A stretch of 64,000 bases of DNA from Lysobacter sp. (GCA_036524935.1 DATDBK010000080.1:17941-81940), one strand, 5' to 3'. Shown: positions 10,635-22,039, numbered from the stretch's first letter. Notes: generated from the sequence alone by a model not told the origin. Made by a program: numbers and translations.

Positions 10635-11540
10635 TCAGGCCGCGAGGGAATCGCGGCAGGCGTGTTCGAGTTCGCGGACGAGCGTGTCGATCGTCGCGAC
10701 GGATGCGGTATGGGCCGACGACAGTGGCAAGAGCGGCAGGCGCAGCCCGTGGCCGATGCCCTGGCGGTGCAGCAGCGCCTTCACCGGGATTGGATTGGGC
10801 TCGATGCCGAGGAAGTCGTAGGCAACGTGCATGCGCGCGTCCAGCGCCTGGGCTTCCTCGTGGCGACCGCCACGGGCCAGGTCGGCAAGACGCCGGAATG
10901 CATGCGGCAACACGTTGGATGCCACCGAGATCACGCCGTCGGCGCCGGCCAGCATCGCCCGGCATGCAGTCGGGTCGTCGCCGCTGAGGACGGCGAAGCC
11001 GTCGCCCTTGAACGCCAGCAGCGCGGCCATGCGCTCGGGCTCGCTGCGCGCTTCCTTGATGCCGATGACGTTGGCGAGCGGTGCAAGCTCGGCGACGGTC
11101 TCCGGCAGCAGGTCACCGCCGGTGCGGCCGGGCACGTTGTAGAGCACGAAGGGCAGCGCGCCGTCGTCGGCAATGGCACGGTAATGGGCGACCAGGCCGG
11201 CCTGGGTCGGGCGAACGTACGGCGGGGTCACGATCAGCGCGGCATCGGCGCCGAGGGCGGCGACGCGGCGGGTCAGCTCGATCGTTTTCAGCGTGTTCGA
11301 AAGACCGGTTCCGGCCAGGACCGGGATCGCGCCGGCGACGCGCTCGACGGCGCTGCGCAGCAATGCGTCGTATTCGCCGTCGAACAGCGCGGCCGCCTCG
11401 CCGGTGGAGCCGGCGACGACGATGGCCTGGGTGCCGCCCTCGAGCTGCTGGTCGAGCAGTCGCTGCCAGGCGTCGAAGTCAATTTCGCCGGACGCGGTGA
11501 AAGGCGTCGCCAGCGCGGTGATGCTGCCGGAAAGTCGCAA
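10635..11540 (-). CDS. dapA: 4-hydroxy-tetrahydrodipicolinate synthase
   Basis: [36 protein letters not shown]; TTG start. Confidence 0.96.
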   Translation of the reverse strand: MRLSGSITALATPFTASGEIDFDAWQRLLDQQLEGGTQAIVVAGSTGEAAALFDGEYDALLRSAVERVAGAIPVLAGTGLSNTLKTIELTRRVAALGADAALIVTPPYVRPTQAGLVAHYRAIADDGALPFVLYNVPGRTGGDLLPETVAELAPLANVIGIKEARSEPERMAALLAFKGDGFAVLSGDDPTACRAMLAGADGVISVASNVLPHAFRRLADLARGGRHEEAQALDARMHVAYDFLGIEPNPIPVKALLHRQGIGHGLRLPLLPLSSAHTASVATIDTLVRELEHACRDSLAA

Positions 11541-11594
11541 GTTTGAGGTACTCGGAGCGATTGTTGCGTTGAACCCCGCACGGTGTGTGCGAGC

Positions 11595-11652
11595 CCTGAA
11601 TCAAATGGTCTGGATCGGTGGCCTGAATCAAATGTTCCTGATCGGTGGCCTG
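11595..11652. repeat. 27-bp imperfect tandem repeat (2 copies plus a partial third)
   Basis: CCTGAATCAAATGGTCTGGATCGGTGG / CCTGAATCAAATGTTCCTGATCGGTGG / CCTG. Confidence 0.8.
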
Positions 11653-11852
11653 GCTGCCGGCCTGACCGCATCCTGCCGGCATTGCTGCCGATGGCCGGAA
11701 CGGTCGGTCAGACAGGCTGATCGGCCGGGATGATCGCACGGGATGTTACTTGCGGGCCGAAAGCGCGGGCAAGTATGCTGCCCGGCAACCACAGCCCGCT
11801 CACGGGCCGCCATTCAGTATCTGAGCTCGTTGCTCCCCAAGCAGGCGCCGCC

Positions 11853-12413
11853 TTGACCGATTCCGCTGCCCGGCCGTCGCCGAACGAAAACCACCTCCTG
11901 ATCAACGCCTACACGACGCATCCGGAGACACCGCTGTTGTCGGTGACCCGCCGGATCGCCGATTCGGGCTGCAACCTGGTCGATGCACGCCTGGCGACCG
12001 TCGGCCGCGACGTCTCGGTGACCGTGCTGGCAGTGGGCTCCTGGGACGCGGTGGCAAAGCTCGAGGCGATGCTGACCCGGCTGGAGCGCGAGGAAGGCCT
12101 CAAGCTGGTCTGGTACCGGACCGGCGCCAAGCAGGTCCAGTCGAACCTGCTGCCCTACGTGGTCGAGGTCGTGGCCGCCGACAAGGCCGGGATCCTCTTC
12201 CAGCTGGCCGACTTCTTCGACCGCCAGGGCATCACCATCGAAAGCCTGCACAGCTCGCGCTACCGCGCCATGCAGACCGGTGCGGAGATGTTCTCGGCGC
12301 AGATCACCATCGGCGTGCCCTCGAGCATGCACATCGCCGCGCTGCGCGACGACTTCCTCGAGTTCTGCGACCACCTCAACCTCGACGCCATCATGGACCC
12401 GATGAAGTTCTAG
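11853..12413 (+). CDS. gcvR: Glycine cleavage system transcriptional repressor (double ACT domain)
   Basis: SGCNLVDARL, DKAGIL, FCDHLNLD; divergent from dapA and upstream of bcp as usual; TTG start inferred. Confidence 0.88.
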   Translation: MTDSAARPSPNENHLLINAYTTHPETPLLSVTRRIADSGCNLVDARLATVGRDVSVTVLAVGSWDAVAKLEAMLTRLEREEGLKLVWYRTGAKQVQSNLLPYVVEVVAADKAGILFQLADFFDRQGITIESLHSSRYRAMQTGAEMFSAQITIGVPSSMHIAALRDDFLEFCDHLNLDAIMDPMKF

Positions 12414-12459
12414 GGATACCGTGGTAGCGTCACGCAAAAGCACGGAACGAAAAGGCGAG

Positions 12460-12954
12460 ATGCTCGACACCGGTGACAGGATTGCGAAGGACGTCTCCGA
12501 ACTGCCCCTGGCGCTGTCCAGCGGCCAGACCACGCATCTGAAAGACTTCGCCGGCCAATGGCTGGTGCTGTACTTCTACCCGAAGGACAGCACGCCCGGC
12601 TGCACCACCGAAGGCATCGACTTCAACACCCTGCTGCCGAAGTTCAGCAAGCTCGGCGCCACCGTGCTGGGCGTCTCGCGCGACTCGATCCGCTCGCACC
12701 AGAACTTCTGCGCGAAACAGGGGTTCACGTTCGACCTGGTCAGCGATCCCGACGAAACCCTGTGCAACGCCTTCGGCGTGATCAAGCTGAAGAACATGTA
12801 TGGGCGCAAGGTGCTGGGCATCGAACGCAGCACGTTCCTCATTGACTTCACCAGCGACCCCAGGGGCGTCATCGCCCAGTCATGGAGGCCGGTGAAAGTC
12901 CTCGGCCATGCCCAAGCCGTTCTCGACGCACTCAAGGCTGCCGCAACGCAGTGA
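12460..12954 (+). CDS. bcp: Peroxiredoxin (bacterioferritin comigratory protein)
   Basis: LYFYPKDSTPGCTTE, GVSRD, IERSTF. Confidence 0.92.
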   Translation: MLDTGDRIAKDVSELPLALSSGQTTHLKDFAGQWLVLYFYPKDSTPGCTTEGIDFNTLLPKFSKLGATVLGVSRDSIRSHQNFCAKQGFTFDLVSDPDETLCNAFGVIKLKNMYGRKVLGIERSTFLIDFTSDPRGVIAQSWRPVKVLGHAQAVLDALKAAATQ

Positions 12955-13099
12955 CCCCCATTGCCCGCCACCCACGCTGCCGTCCCGCCCCGCGGGTCAC
13001 GGCAGCGTCGCCGTGTCCGCACCGCAATTCCACCAGCATCCAGGCGTTCAACCGTTCCACCCGGCCGTTCACCATGTTCAACCCGCATCGGAGCATTCG

Positions 13100-14509
13100 A
13101 TGACCAGAAGCAAGCGGATCTACGTGCTCGACACCAATGTGCTCATGCACGACCCGACCGCGCTGTTCAAATTCGAGGAACACGATGTCTTCCTGCCGAT
13201 GCAGGTCATCGAGGAACTCGACAACGCCAAGAAAGGCACCTCCGAAGCCAGCCGCAACGCGCGCCAGGTCAGCCGCTTCCTCAACGAGCTGATCCAGGCC
13301 GCAGGCTCCGACAAGATCTCTTCCGGCATCACGCTCAGCCGCCCGCAGGGGTTGCAGCTGCGCGGCGAGCAGAGCATAGGCAAGCTCCGCTTCCAGACCC
13401 GCGACTTCGATTCGGGCAAGCGCTTCGGCGCGGTGATCCCGGACAACCACATCCTCGGCTCGATCCTGTCGCTGAAGGAATCCGACCCGGGCGTGCCGGT
13501 GGTGTTCGTGTCCAAGGACATCAACCTGCGCATCAAGGCGTCGATCGCCGGGATCGTGTCGGAGGATTACGAGAACGACCGCGCGCTCGACGATTTCAGC
13601 CTGCTCTACACCGGCGCCAATGCGCTGCCGGAGGATTTCTGGCAACGCTACGGCAAGGACCTGCGTTCGTGGACCGAGAAGGGCCGCACCTTCTACGAGA
13701 TCTCGCGCGACAAGGACAGCGAAGCCGACGATCTCTGGCATCCGAACCAGTTCCTGTACCTGCCCGGCGACGACGAGTCGGAGATGAAGGTCGCGCGCCT
13801 GACCGACAGCAAGGTCGTGCTGCAGATCGTCGATGACTTCCGCCACCACCAGCACGCCGTCTGGGGCATCACCGCGCGCAACCGCGAACAGAATTTCGCC
13901 CTCAACGCGCTGATGGATCCGGAGATCGATTTCGTCACCCTGCTCGGCACCGCCGGCACCGGCAAGACCCTGCTGGCACTGGCGGCAGGCTTGGCGCAGA
14001 CGATGGACCAGCAGCGCTACCGCGAGATCATCATGACCCGCGCGACCGTCAGCGTCGGCGAGGACATTGGCTTCCTGCCCGGCACCGAAGAGGAAAAGAT
14101 GACGCCGTGGATGGGCGCGCTGACCGACAACCTGGAAGTGCTGACCCACAACCAGGACGGCGGCAGCTGGGGCCGCGCGGCGACCAACGACCTGCTCGCC
14201 AGCCGCATCAAGATCCGCTCGCTCAACTTCATGCGCGGTCGCACCTTCCTCAACCGCTGGCTGATCCTCGACGAGGCGCAGAACCTCACGCCCAAGCAGA
14301 TGAAGACGCTGATCACCCGTGCCGGCCCCGGCACCAAGATCATCTGCCTGGGCAACGTCGAGCAGATCGACACGCCGTACCTCACCGAGACCACGTCGGG
14401 CCTGACCTACGCCGTCGACCGCTTCAAGAACTGGGACCACAGCGCGCACATCACGCTGCGTCGCGGCGAGCGTTCGCGCCTGGCCGACTACGCGTCCGAA
14501 GTGCTGTAA
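13100..14509 (+). CDS. PIN-PhoH (YlaK/PhoH2-type) ATPase
   Basis: N-terminal PIN (VLDTNVL, EELD, SKDINLR); GTAGTGKT Walker A, IGFLPG, RGRT, DEAQN. Confidence 0.9.
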   Translation: MTRSKRIYVLDTNVLMHDPTALFKFEEHDVFLPMQVIEELDNAKKGTSEASRNARQVSRFLNELIQAAGSDKISSGITLSRPQGLQLRGEQSIGKLRFQTRDFDSGKRFGAVIPDNHILGSILSLKESDPGVPVVFVSKDINLRIKASIAGIVSEDYENDRALDDFSLLYTGANALPEDFWQRYGKDLRSWTEKGRTFYEISRDKDSEADDLWHPNQFLYLPGDDESEMKVARLTDSKVVLQIVDDFRHHQHAVWGITARNREQNFALNALMDPEIDFVTLLGTAGTGKTLLALAAGLAQTMDQQRYREIIMTRATVSVGEDIGFLPGTEEEKMTPWMGALTDNLEVLTHNQDGGSWGRAATNDLLASRIKIRSLNFMRGRTFLNRWLILDEAQNLTPKQMKTLITRAGPGTKIICLGNVEQIDTPYLTETTSGLTYAVDRFKNWDHSAHITLRRGERSRLADYASEVL

Positions 14510-14731
14510 CGCTGCCATCGCGTGCGCAGGGTGGCTGCCCTGCGCACGTCAGGACCTTCAGACGATTCTCATGCAGCGGCGAGGGTTTAAAGGCCGTCGC
14601 AGCGTGAATACGCCCGGTTCATCGAAGCGCTGATACCTTGCGCGTCGCTGGGCAACGGCGCGGGTCCGATTCAACAACTCCGGTCGACGCGTTGACGCTG
14701 CAGTTGGAGCAACGTTCGCAAGGAGCAACAG

Positions 14732-15415
14732 ATGATTTCACGCCTGCCCGCCTGGGGCTGGTTGGGTGCCGCGGGTTTGTCGCTGGTGGCGGGCATGGTC
14801 AACGTGGTTGGCTTCCTCGGCTTCGAGCAGCAGGCGGTCGCGCACCTCACCGGCACCACCAGCCTGCTGGGCGTGGCGGTCGCCAAGGGTGAGTTCCGTG
14901 TCGCCTCCGGGTTGCTGCTGCCGATCGCGTCTTTCGTCGCCGGGGCCATCCTGAGCGGCGTGATCGTCCAGGACCGGACCTTGCGGATGGGGCGCTGCTA
15001 CGGCGTCGCCCTGGCTATCGAGGCGGCACTGCTTGCGGCTGCCGTGCCCTTGTTCGAAGCCCAGCACACCGCCGCCGCGGCGTTGGCGGCGATGGCCTGT
15101 GGCCTGCAGAACGCGGTGACGGCGACCTTCAGCGGCGCACTGGTCCGCACGTCGCACCTGACCGGCATGTTCACTGATCTGGGTGTATTCCTCGGCCATC
15201 GCCTGCGCGGCATCGCGGTCGACCCTCGCCGGCTGTGGCTGTGCCTGCTGGTCATAGGCAGCTTCGCATTGGGCGGCGTGGGCGGGTCGGCACTGTTTCC
15301 GCAGCTGGGTTACCGTGCCCTGCTCCTGCCCGCTGCCCTGACCGGATTCACCGCGGTCACCTACCTCACCTACCGTTGCTGGCGCGGGCCTGCGAACACC
15401 ACCGGCGCCAGCTGA
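14732..15415 (+). CDS. YoaK/DUF1275 family membrane protein
   Basis: AGMVNVVGF, HLTGTT, CGLQNA, RTSHLTG; hydrophobic; AGGAG RBS. Confidence 0.85.
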   Translation: MISRLPAWGWLGAAGLSLVAGMVNVVGFLGFEQQAVAHLTGTTSLLGVAVAKGEFRVASGLLLPIASFVAGAILSGVIVQDRTLRMGRCYGVALAIEAALLAAAVPLFEAQHTAAAALAAMACGLQNAVTATFSGALVRTSHLTGMFTDLGVFLGHRLRGIAVDPRRLWLCLLVIGSFALGGVGGSALFPQLGYRALLLPAALTGFTAVTYLTYRCWRGPANTTGAS

Positions 15416-15487
15416 CCCGCCATCGCCTCGCCCCTATCGCGCCGCCCCTATCGCGTCGGGCACACGGCCACAGGCACACTGTTGGCC

Positions 15488-16303
15488 ATGAACGCCATGC
15501 CACGACCCACCTGCGCCCTCACCATCGCCGGCTCCGACTCCGGCGGTGGTGCCGGCATCCAGGCCGACCTCAAGACCTTCGCCGCCCATCGCGTGCACGG
15601 ACTGAGCGCGATCGCCGCACTGACGGCGCAGCACACGCGTGGCGTCACTGCCGTGCATGTGCCCGATGTCGGATTCCTGCGCGCGCAGATCGACGCCTGC
15701 TTCGATGACTTCGCCATTGGCGCGGTGAAACTGGGCATGCTCGCCAACGCCGCGGTCATCCATGCCGTCGCTGACGCGCTCGAGCATTACCGGCCCGCGC
15801 ATATCGTGCTCGACCCGGTGATGGTGTCGACCTCCGGTGCACGCCTGCTCGAAGCGAGTGCGCTCGATGCATTGCGAACGCGGCTGATCCCGCTGGCCTC
15901 GCTGCTGACGCCGAACCTGCCCGAGGCCGAACTGCTGCTCAACGAACCGATCACCGACCTCGACGCGATGCACGGTGCAGTCGCGTTGCTGCACGACCTC
16001 GGCGCGCGTGCCGTATTGCTCAAGGGCGGCCACCTGCAAGGCGACGGCGACGTCGTCGACCTGTTTGCCGGTGGCGATGGCGGCGTGCGCGCCATCGCCC
16101 ATCCCCGCCTGCAACTGGAGGCCCATGGCACCGGCTGCACATTGGCTTCGGCGGTCGCTGCCAACCTGTGCCTCGGACGCGACCTGGGCGAGAGCTGCGC
16201 GGCCGCCGCCGATTACGTCCACCGCGCCCTGGTCGGAGGCTATCGACCGGGCAACAGCGACGTCCTCGTGCTCGATCATTTCGGTGCCGCCCGCCATGGA
16301 TGA
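15488..16303 (+). CDS. thiD: Hydroxymethylpyrimidine/phosphomethylpyrimidine kinase
   Basis: [48 protein letters not shown]. Confidence 0.95.
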   Translation: MNAMPRPTCALTIAGSDSGGGAGIQADLKTFAAHRVHGLSAIAALTAQHTRGVTAVHVPDVGFLRAQIDACFDDFAIGAVKLGMLANAAVIHAVADALEHYRPAHIVLDPVMVSTSGARLLEASALDALRTRLIPLASLLTPNLPEAELLLNEPITDLDAMHGAVALLHDLGARAVLLKGGHLQGDGDVVDLFAGGDGGVRAIAHPRLQLEAHGTGCTLASAVAANLCLGRDLGESCAAAADYVHRALVGGYRPGNSDVLVLDHFGAARHG

Positions 16304-17153
16304 TCACGACGTCATGGCGCCGCCGGCGCAGCTCGAAGCCGAGGCCGAGGCCGAGGACGGCCATCGATGGACGTTGCTTGCACGCGTTCCCGCCCGTCCG
16401 ACCGCGAGCCTGCTGTGGCTGCCAGCGCTGGGCGTGGCCGCGAAACATTACCTGCCCTTCGCCGAGGCGCTGGCCGCGCGCGGAATCGCCGTGTTCCTGC
16501 ACGAATGGCGCGGCGGCGGGTCCAGCAATCTTCGCGCCGGACGCGATTGCGACTGGGGATATCGCGAACTGCTGTGCCGGGACATTCCGGCCAGTGAAGC
16601 GCTCGTCGCCCTGCACACGCCCGACCTGCCGCGCATCATCGGCGGCCACAGCCTCGGTGGCCAGCTGGCGTGCTGCCGGCTCGGTTTGTCACCGGCCACG
16701 GCTCAGCAGCTGTGGCTGGTTGCCAGTGGTGCTCCGTACTGGCGCGCGTTCCCATTGCGCACCAAGTGGTTCCTGCCGTTCGTCTACCGGTTCCTGGCGT
16801 GGCTTGCCGATCGCCATGGCGCCCTGCCCGGCCGCCGTATCGGTTTCGGCGGGCAGGAGGCGCGCGGACTGATCCGCGACTGGAGCCTCAGCGGGCTCAG
16901 CGGTCGCTATGCCGCGAGCGGGCTCGACATCGACCTGGATGCGGCGATGGCCGCCGTGGAAGTGGAGGTGCATGGCGTCGCGATGGATCGCGACTGGCTG
17001 GGTCCGGAGTCGTCGCTGCGCTTCCTGTTGTCGAAGTTGCGCCACTCGCCCGGTCGCGTCGATGTGCTGGGTGCGGAGGCACTGGGCACGCATGCGGATC
17101 ATTACGCGTGGATGAAGAAGCCTGAGACAGTGGTGGAGAAGCTGCTGGGCTGA
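16296..17153 (+). CDS. Alpha/beta-fold hydrolase
   Basis: PALGV oxyanion region, GHSLGGQ nucleophile elbow, C-terminal DH; overlaps thiD stop. Confidence 0.85.
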   Translation: MDDHDVMAPPAQLEAEAEAEDGHRWTLLARVPARPTASLLWLPALGVAAKHYLPFAEALAARGIAVFLHEWRGGGSSNLRAGRDCDWGYRELLCRDIPASEALVALHTPDLPRIIGGHSLGGQLACCRLGLSPATAQQLWLVASGAPYWRAFPLRTKWFLPFVYRFLAWLADRHGALPGRRIGFGGQEARGLIRDWSLSGLSGRYAASGLDIDLDAAMAAVEVEVHGVAMDRDWLGPESSLRFLLSKLRHSPGRVDVLGAEALGTHADHYAWMKKPETVVEKLLG

Positions 17154-17170
17154 CTTCAGGCAAGAGCAGA

Positions 17171-17197
17171 TGGGTCCCGGCTTTCGCCGGGATGACG
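17171..17197 (-). repeat. REP-like palindrome, CGTC family (single copy in window)
   Basis: Reverse complement CGTCATCCCGGCGAAAGCCGGGACCCA. Confidence 0.65.
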
Positions 17198-17230
17198 GCA
17201 TTACGTCCATGGGGCGCCGTGCCGCCAATG

Positions 17231-17247
17231 TTTACGGCAAATTTATG
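17231..17247 (+). promoter_or_regulatory. Putative KdpE-binding box
   Basis: TTTACG-GCAAA-TTTATG: two TTTA half-sites with an 11-bp period, like the E. coli kdpF promoter (TTTATA..TTTACA); lies upstream of torF-kdpFABC. Confidence 0.6.
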
Positions 17248-17342
17248 CCCCTGCCGCAGGCACGGAATAGAGGCTTTACGGGGGCGATACCAACAATGAC
17301 GGCGTGGCCAAACGGGCCTCGTTCGTACATCGGGTATCTGCA

Positions 17343-18074
17343 ATGTCCTCCCATTTCATCCGCGCGCGCGAGGCTTCCGTGCCGTTGCTGTTCGCCGCCT
17401 GCGCGGGCCTCGGCCTGCTTGCCATGGGCAGTCAGGCACAGGCATCGACGCTTTCCGGCAACGCCGCGCTGACCAGCGACTACGTCTGGCGCGGCACTAC
17501 CCAGACCCAGGGCGATGCGGCCGTGCAGGCCGGTTTCAAACTCGCCGGCGATTCCGGCTTCTACGGTTCCGTGTGGGGCTCCAACGTCGAGTTCGCCCCT
17601 GATACCCACGCCAGCAGCGAGCTGGACTTCACCATCGGCTGGGGCGGCGCCTTGTCCGACAAGTGGGCGCTGGACGTGAACCTGTTGCGCTATCAGTACC
17701 CGTCGACGACCGTCGATCTGAACTGGACCGAACTCAACGGCACGCTGACCTACGACAGCAATTACTGGCTGTCGATGGGCTACTCGACCGAAGCGCTCGG
17801 TGGCGAGGAAGACGGCCTTTACACGCAGGTGGGCGCGAAGTTCCCCATCAACGATGTGTTCCGCCTCGAAGGCGCGGTCGGCTACTACACCCTCGACGGC
17901 TACAACGCCGCCGCCGACAGCTACCTGCACGGCCAGCTCAGCGCGGTGTGGGCGGTCAAGGCGCCACTGGAACTGCGCGTGACCGCGCACGCAACCGATT
18001 CGAACGCCGAAGACATCTTCGGCGAGGACTTCGCCGGCAACCGCATCGAAGCGGCCCTGCAGGCTTCCTTCTGA
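17343..18074 (+). CDS. TorF/Gcw_chp family putative outer-membrane porin
   Basis: Signal peptide, SDYVWRGTTQT, GFYGSVWGSNVEF, C-terminal Phe. Confidence 0.85.
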   Translation: MSSHFIRAREASVPLLFAACAGLGLLAMGSQAQASTLSGNAALTSDYVWRGTTQTQGDAAVQAGFKLAGDSGFYGSVWGSNVEFAPDTHASSELDFTIGWGGALSDKWALDVNLLRYQYPSTTVDLNWTELNGTLTYDSNYWLSMGYSTEALGGEEDGLYTQVGAKFPINDVFRLEGAVGYYTLDGYNAAADSYLHGQLSAVWAVKAPLELRVTAHATDSNAEDIFGEDFAGNRIEAALQASF

Positions 18075-18086
18075 AGGAGTGACGAC

Positions 18087-18179
18087 ATGCCTGGCTGGTT
18101 ATCCCTTGTGTGCGCGGTGGCGGTGATCGTGGCTTCGGCCTACCTGCTCTACGTGGTCCTTTGTCCGGAAGATTTCTAA
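18087..18179 (+). CDS. kdpF: K+-transporting ATPase subunit F (30 aa; below ORF-track cutoff)
   Basis: MPGWLSLVCAVAVIVASAYLLYVVLCPEDF*, AAGGAG RBS, YLxxxxxxPExF motif, directly upstream of kdpA. Confidence 0.9.
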   Translation: MPGWLSLVCAVAVIVASAYLLYVVLCPEDF

Positions 18180-18191
18180 GGCATTGCAACA

Positions 18192-19934
18192 ATGACCGAG
18201 ACTCTGATTGTCCTGGTGCTCGCGATCGGCCTCGGCTGGCCGCTCGGGCACTACCTCGCCCGCGTCATGCGCGGCGACCGCTCGTGGGTTGACCGCGTGG
18301 CCGGCCCGGTCGAGCGGCTGATCTACAAATCGATCGGCACCGACCCGGCGCGCGGCATGAGCTGGCGCGGTTACGCCAAAGCGTTCGCGCTGAGCAACCT
18401 CGTCGTCGGCCTGGTCGTCTGGGTGCAGTTCATGACCCAGGCCTGGCTGCCGCTCAATCCCGACGACATCCCCAACATGCGCTGGGATACCGCCCTGCAC
18501 ACGATGGTGTCGTTCCTGACCAACACCAACCAGCAGCACTATTCCGGCCAGGCGCAGCTGAGCTACTTCTCGCAGATGGTCGGCATCGTCGGCCTGCAGG
18601 TGGTGACGCCGATGATGGGCCTGGCGATCGTCGTGGCGACGTTGCGCGGCCTGTTCGGTGGACGCACCACGCACACCACCAACGCGGCCCCGGCTGCCGG
18701 CGAGGAAGGCGCAGAAGGTGCGGACCGCGACCTCGGCAACTACTGGGTCGATGTAACCCGCGCCACGCTGCGCTTCATGCTGCCTCTGTGCCTGTTCTGG
18801 TCGGCCCTGCTGACCTGGCAGGGCGTGCCGTCGACCCTGCAGGCTGGCCCGGTCATCACGCCGGTCGATGCGAGCGTCGAGATGAAGGAGCAGAAGATTC
18901 CGCTCGGGCCGGTCGCGCCGATGGTGGCGATCAAGCAGCTGGGTACGAACGGCGGCGGCTGGTATGGCCCCAACAGCGCCGTGCCGCTGGAGAACCCGAC
19001 GCCGTTGTCGAACCTGCTGGAGATCCTGGCGATCATCCTGGTGCCGGTCGCGGTGACCTTCATGGTCGGGCCGCTGGTGGGCCGTCGCCGGCTGACCGCG
19101 ATGGTGTTCGGCAGCATGCTGCTGATGTCGACCGCCTCGACCGGCCTTGCGCTGTGGTCGGAGGCACATTCGTCCACCGCGTCCGACATCGCGCTGATGG
19201 AAGGCAAGGAGACGCGCTTCGGTGCGGAAACTTCGGCTCTGTGGGCGGCCGTGACCACACAGACCAGCAATGGTTCGGTCAACGCCATGCACGACTCGCT
19301 GGCGCCGCTGACCGGTGGCGTGACCCTGGTCGACATGCTGATCAACGCGATCTGGGGTGGCATCGGCTGCGGTCTGCAGCAGTTCCTCGTCTACCTGTTG
19401 CTGAGCGTGTTCCTGGCCGGATTGATGACCGGACGGACGCCTGAACTGTTCGGTCGCAAAATCGAGGCGCCGGAAGTTCGCCTGCTGGCGTTGCTGATCC
19501 TGCTGCAACCGCTGGTCGTGCTTGGCTTCACCGCGGTGACGCTGGTGTTCCCGTCGATCACCGGCAACTCCAATCCGGGCTTCCACGGCATCAGCCAGGT
19601 GTTCTACGAGTACACCTCGGCCTTCGCAAACAACGGCTCCGGTTTCGAGGGCCTGGGTGATGCGACCTGGTGGTGGAACCTGAGCTGCTCGGTGGTGCTG
19701 GCGCTGGGTCGCTATCCCGCGCTGATCATCCCGCTCGCCGTTGCCGGCCTGCTCGCCAGGAAGCGCGTGGCGCCCGAAGGCAGCGGCACCCTGCACGTGG
19801 AAACACCGACGTTCGCGCTGACCCTGGTCGCGGTCATCGTGATCCTGACCGTCCTGCAATTCATGCCTGCCCTGGTAATGGGCCCCATCGCCGACCACCT
19901 GACCCTGTACGGCGCCGCGCCGTCGGGCCTGTGA
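18192..19934 (+). CDS. kdpA: K+-transporting ATPase subunit A
   Basis: [40 protein letters not shown]. Confidence 0.97.
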   Translation: MTETLIVLVLAIGLGWPLGHYLARVMRGDRSWVDRVAGPVERLIYKSIGTDPARGMSWRGYAKAFALSNLVVGLVVWVQFMTQAWLPLNPDDIPNMRWDTALHTMVSFLTNTNQQHYSGQAQLSYFSQMVGIVGLQVVTPMMGLAIVVATLRGLFGGRTTHTTNAAPAAGEEGAEGADRDLGNYWVDVTRATLRFMLPLCLFWSALLTWQGVPSTLQAGPVITPVDASVEMKEQKIPLGPVAPMVAIKQLGTNGGGWYGPNSAVPLENPTPLSNLLEILAIILVPVAVTFMVGPLVGRRRLTAMVFGSMLLMSTASTGLALWSEAHSSTASDIALMEGKETRFGAETSALWAAVTTQTSNGSVNAMHDSLAPLTGGVTLVDMLINAIWGGIGCGLQQFLVYLLLSVFLAGLMTGRTPELFGRKIEAPEVRLLALLILLQPLVVLGFTAVTLVFPSITGNSNPGFHGISQVFYEYTSAFANNGSGFEGLGDATWWWNLSCSVVLALGRYPALIIPLAVAGLLARKRVAPEGSGTLHVETPTFALTLVAVIVILTVLQFMPALVMGPIADHLTLYGAAPSGL

Positions 19935-19938
19935 GGTA

Positions 19939-22038
19939 ATGAACGTGACTGACACCATGCAATCCCATCTCGGTACCGCCCGCCGCCAGGCCGTGGCGGC
20001 ATTCGACGGCGCGGCACTGCGCACGTCGCTGATCGATTCGTTCCGCAAACTCTCGCCGCGCCAGGCGGTGAAAAGCCCGGTCATGGCCATCGTGCTGCTC
20101 GGCACGATCCTGTCGGCGCTGATCACGATCGCCGTGCCGGGCAACCTCGCCTTCGGCATCGCGGTGACGCTGATCCTGTTCGTGACGGTGCTGTTCGCCA
20201 ACTTCGCCGAAGCGGTGGCGGAGGCGCGCGGCCGTGGCCAGGCGGCCTCGCTGCGCGCGGCACGCCGTGACCTGGTGGCGCGCCGTCTCGACCCGGCCAC
20301 CGGCAGCGGCAAGCACCGCGCCGAAAGCCGCGTCGCCGCTGCATCGCTGCGACCCGGTGACCGCGTAATCGTCTCCGCCGGCGAGTTCGTTCCCGCCGAT
20401 GGCGAGATCGTCTTCGGCGTGGCCACCATCAACGAAGCGGCCGTCACCGGCGAATCGGCGCCGGTGCTGCGCGAAGCCGGCACCGACCGCTCGGGCGTGA
20501 TCGGCGGCACCAAGGTGCTGTCCGACGAAATCATCATCGAGGTCAGTGCGGAGCCGGGGCACAGCTTCCTCGACCGCATGATCGCGCTGGTCGAAGGCGC
20601 CAACCGCCAGAAGACGCCGAACGAGATCGCCCTGACCATGCTGCTTGCGGCGATGACGCTGACGTTCCTGATCGTCGTCGCCACCCTGCCCGCGCTGGCT
20701 GGCTTCGTCGGAGCCCGGCTCGACCCGCTGCTGCTGATCGCGCTGCTGGTGTGCCTGATCCCGACCACGATCGGCGGCCTGCTGCCGGCGATCGGCATCG
20801 CCGGCATGAACCGGGCGCTGTCGGCGAACGTGCTGGCGAAGTCCGGCAAGGCGGTGGAGATCGCCGGCGACATCGACGTGCTGCTGCTCGACAAGACCGG
20901 CACGATCACCCACGGCGATCGCCAGGCGACGGTGTTCCATCCGCTGGCAGGCGTCGACCTGGGCCAGCTGCGCGATGCAGCGCTGCTGGCCTCGCTGGCC
21001 GACCCGACGCCGGAAGGCAAGTCGATCGTGCGCCTGGCGCGCGAACTCAAGAGCACGGTGCCGGAACCCGAGCGCGCCAACTATGTGCAGTTCACCGCGC
21101 AGACGCGCATGTCCGGCGTCGACCTGCCCGCAGAAGGCGGCGCGCCTGAGACCGACGCCGGCCGCGTGATCCGCAAGGGCGCGGGTGACGCGATCAGCAA
21201 GCACGTGCAGGCACTCGGCGGCCAGGTCGTTCCGGAGCTGGCCGCGCGCATCGAACAGGTCGCCCGTGGCGGCGCCACCCCGCTGGTGGTGGCCGAGGGC
21301 CGCCACATCCTCGGGGTGATCGAGTTGTCGGACGTGGTCAAGCACGGCGTCAAGGAGCGCTTTGCCCGACTGCGCGCGATGGGCGTGCGCACGGTGATGA
21401 TCACCGGCGACAACCCGCTGACCGCGGCCGCCATCGCCGCCGAAGCCGGCGTCGACGACTACATTGCCGAAGCGCGTCCGGAGGACAAGCTCGCCCGCAT
21501 CCGTGCCGAGCAGGCCGGCGGCAGGCTGGTGGCGATGGTCGGCGACGGCACCAACGATGCACCAGCGCTGGCACAGGCCGATGTCGGACTGGCCATGAAC
21601 TCGGGCACGCAGGCCGCCAAGGAAGCCGGCAACATGGTCGACCTGGACTCCGATCCGGCCAAACTGCTGGCGGTGGTCGAGGTCGGCAAGCAGCAGCTGA
21701 TCACGCGCGGCGCACTGACCACGTTCTCGCTGGCCAACGACGTGTCGAAGTACTTCGCGATCCTGCCGGCGCTGTTTGCCGCGGCCATCCCGCAGATGGC
21801 GGCACTCAACGTGATGCACCTGTCCAGCCCGACCAATGCGGTGCTGGCGGCGCTGGTGTTCAACGCGATCATCATCCCGGCGCTGATTCCGCTGGCATTG
21901 GCCGGCGTGCGCTTCAAGCCCGCCAGCGCGGTGTCGCTGCTGCGCCGGAACATGCTGATTTATGGCGTGGGTGGCGTGCTGCTGCCGTTCGCCGGTATCA
22001 AGCTCATCGATCTTGCCCTCGTGGCAGTGGGGTTCTGA
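19939..22038 (+). CDS. kdpB: K+-transporting ATPase subunit B
   Basis: [35 protein letters not shown]. Confidence 0.97.
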   Translation: MNVTDTMQSHLGTARRQAVAAFDGAALRTSLIDSFRKLSPRQAVKSPVMAIVLLGTILSALITIAVPGNLAFGIAVTLILFVTVLFANFAEAVAEARGRGQAASLRAARRDLVARRLDPATGSGKHRAESRVAAASLRPGDRVIVSAGEFVPADGEIVFGVATINEAAVTGESAPVLREAGTDRSGVIGGTKVLSDEIIIEVSAEPGHSFLDRMIALVEGANRQKTPNEIALTMLLAAMTLTFLIVVATLPALAGFVGARLDPLLLIALLVCLIPTTIGGLLPAIGIAGMNRALSANVLAKSGKAVEIAGDIDVLLLDKTGTITHGDRQATVFHPLAGVDLGQLRDAALLASLADPTPEGKSIVRLARELKSTVPEPERANYVQFTAQTRMSGVDLPAEGGAPETDAGRVIRKGAGDAISKHVQALGGQVVPELAARIEQVARGGATPLVVAEGRHILGVIELSDVVKHGVKERFARLRAMGVRTVMITGDNPLTAAAIAAEAGVDDYIAEARPEDKLARIRAEQAGGRLVAMVGDGTNDAPALAQADVGLAMNSGTQAAKEAGNMVDLDSDPAKLLAVVEVGKQQLITRGALTTFSLANDVSKYFAILPALFAAAIPQMAALNVMHLSSPTNAVLAALVFNAIIIPALIPLALAGVRFKPASAVSLLRRNMLIYGVGGVLLPFAGIKLIDLALVAVGF

Positions 22039-22039
22039 C

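Noticed and set aside
13046-13083. GTTCA(A/C)C-like repeats upstream of the PhoH-family gene as a Pho box
   Set aside because: Spacing is irregular (8, 13, 9 bp) and does not match the 11-bp CTGTCAT periodicity.
14510-14731. Structured leader or riboswitch upstream of the YoaK gene
   Set aside because: I found only a GC hairpin (14521-14548) after the PhoH stop and no riboswitch consensus that I can recognise.
15416-15487. TPP riboswitch upstream of thiD; 13-bp duplicate CGCCCCTATCGCG
   Set aside because: The region is too short and lacks the CTGAGA core; the duplication looks like simple slippage.
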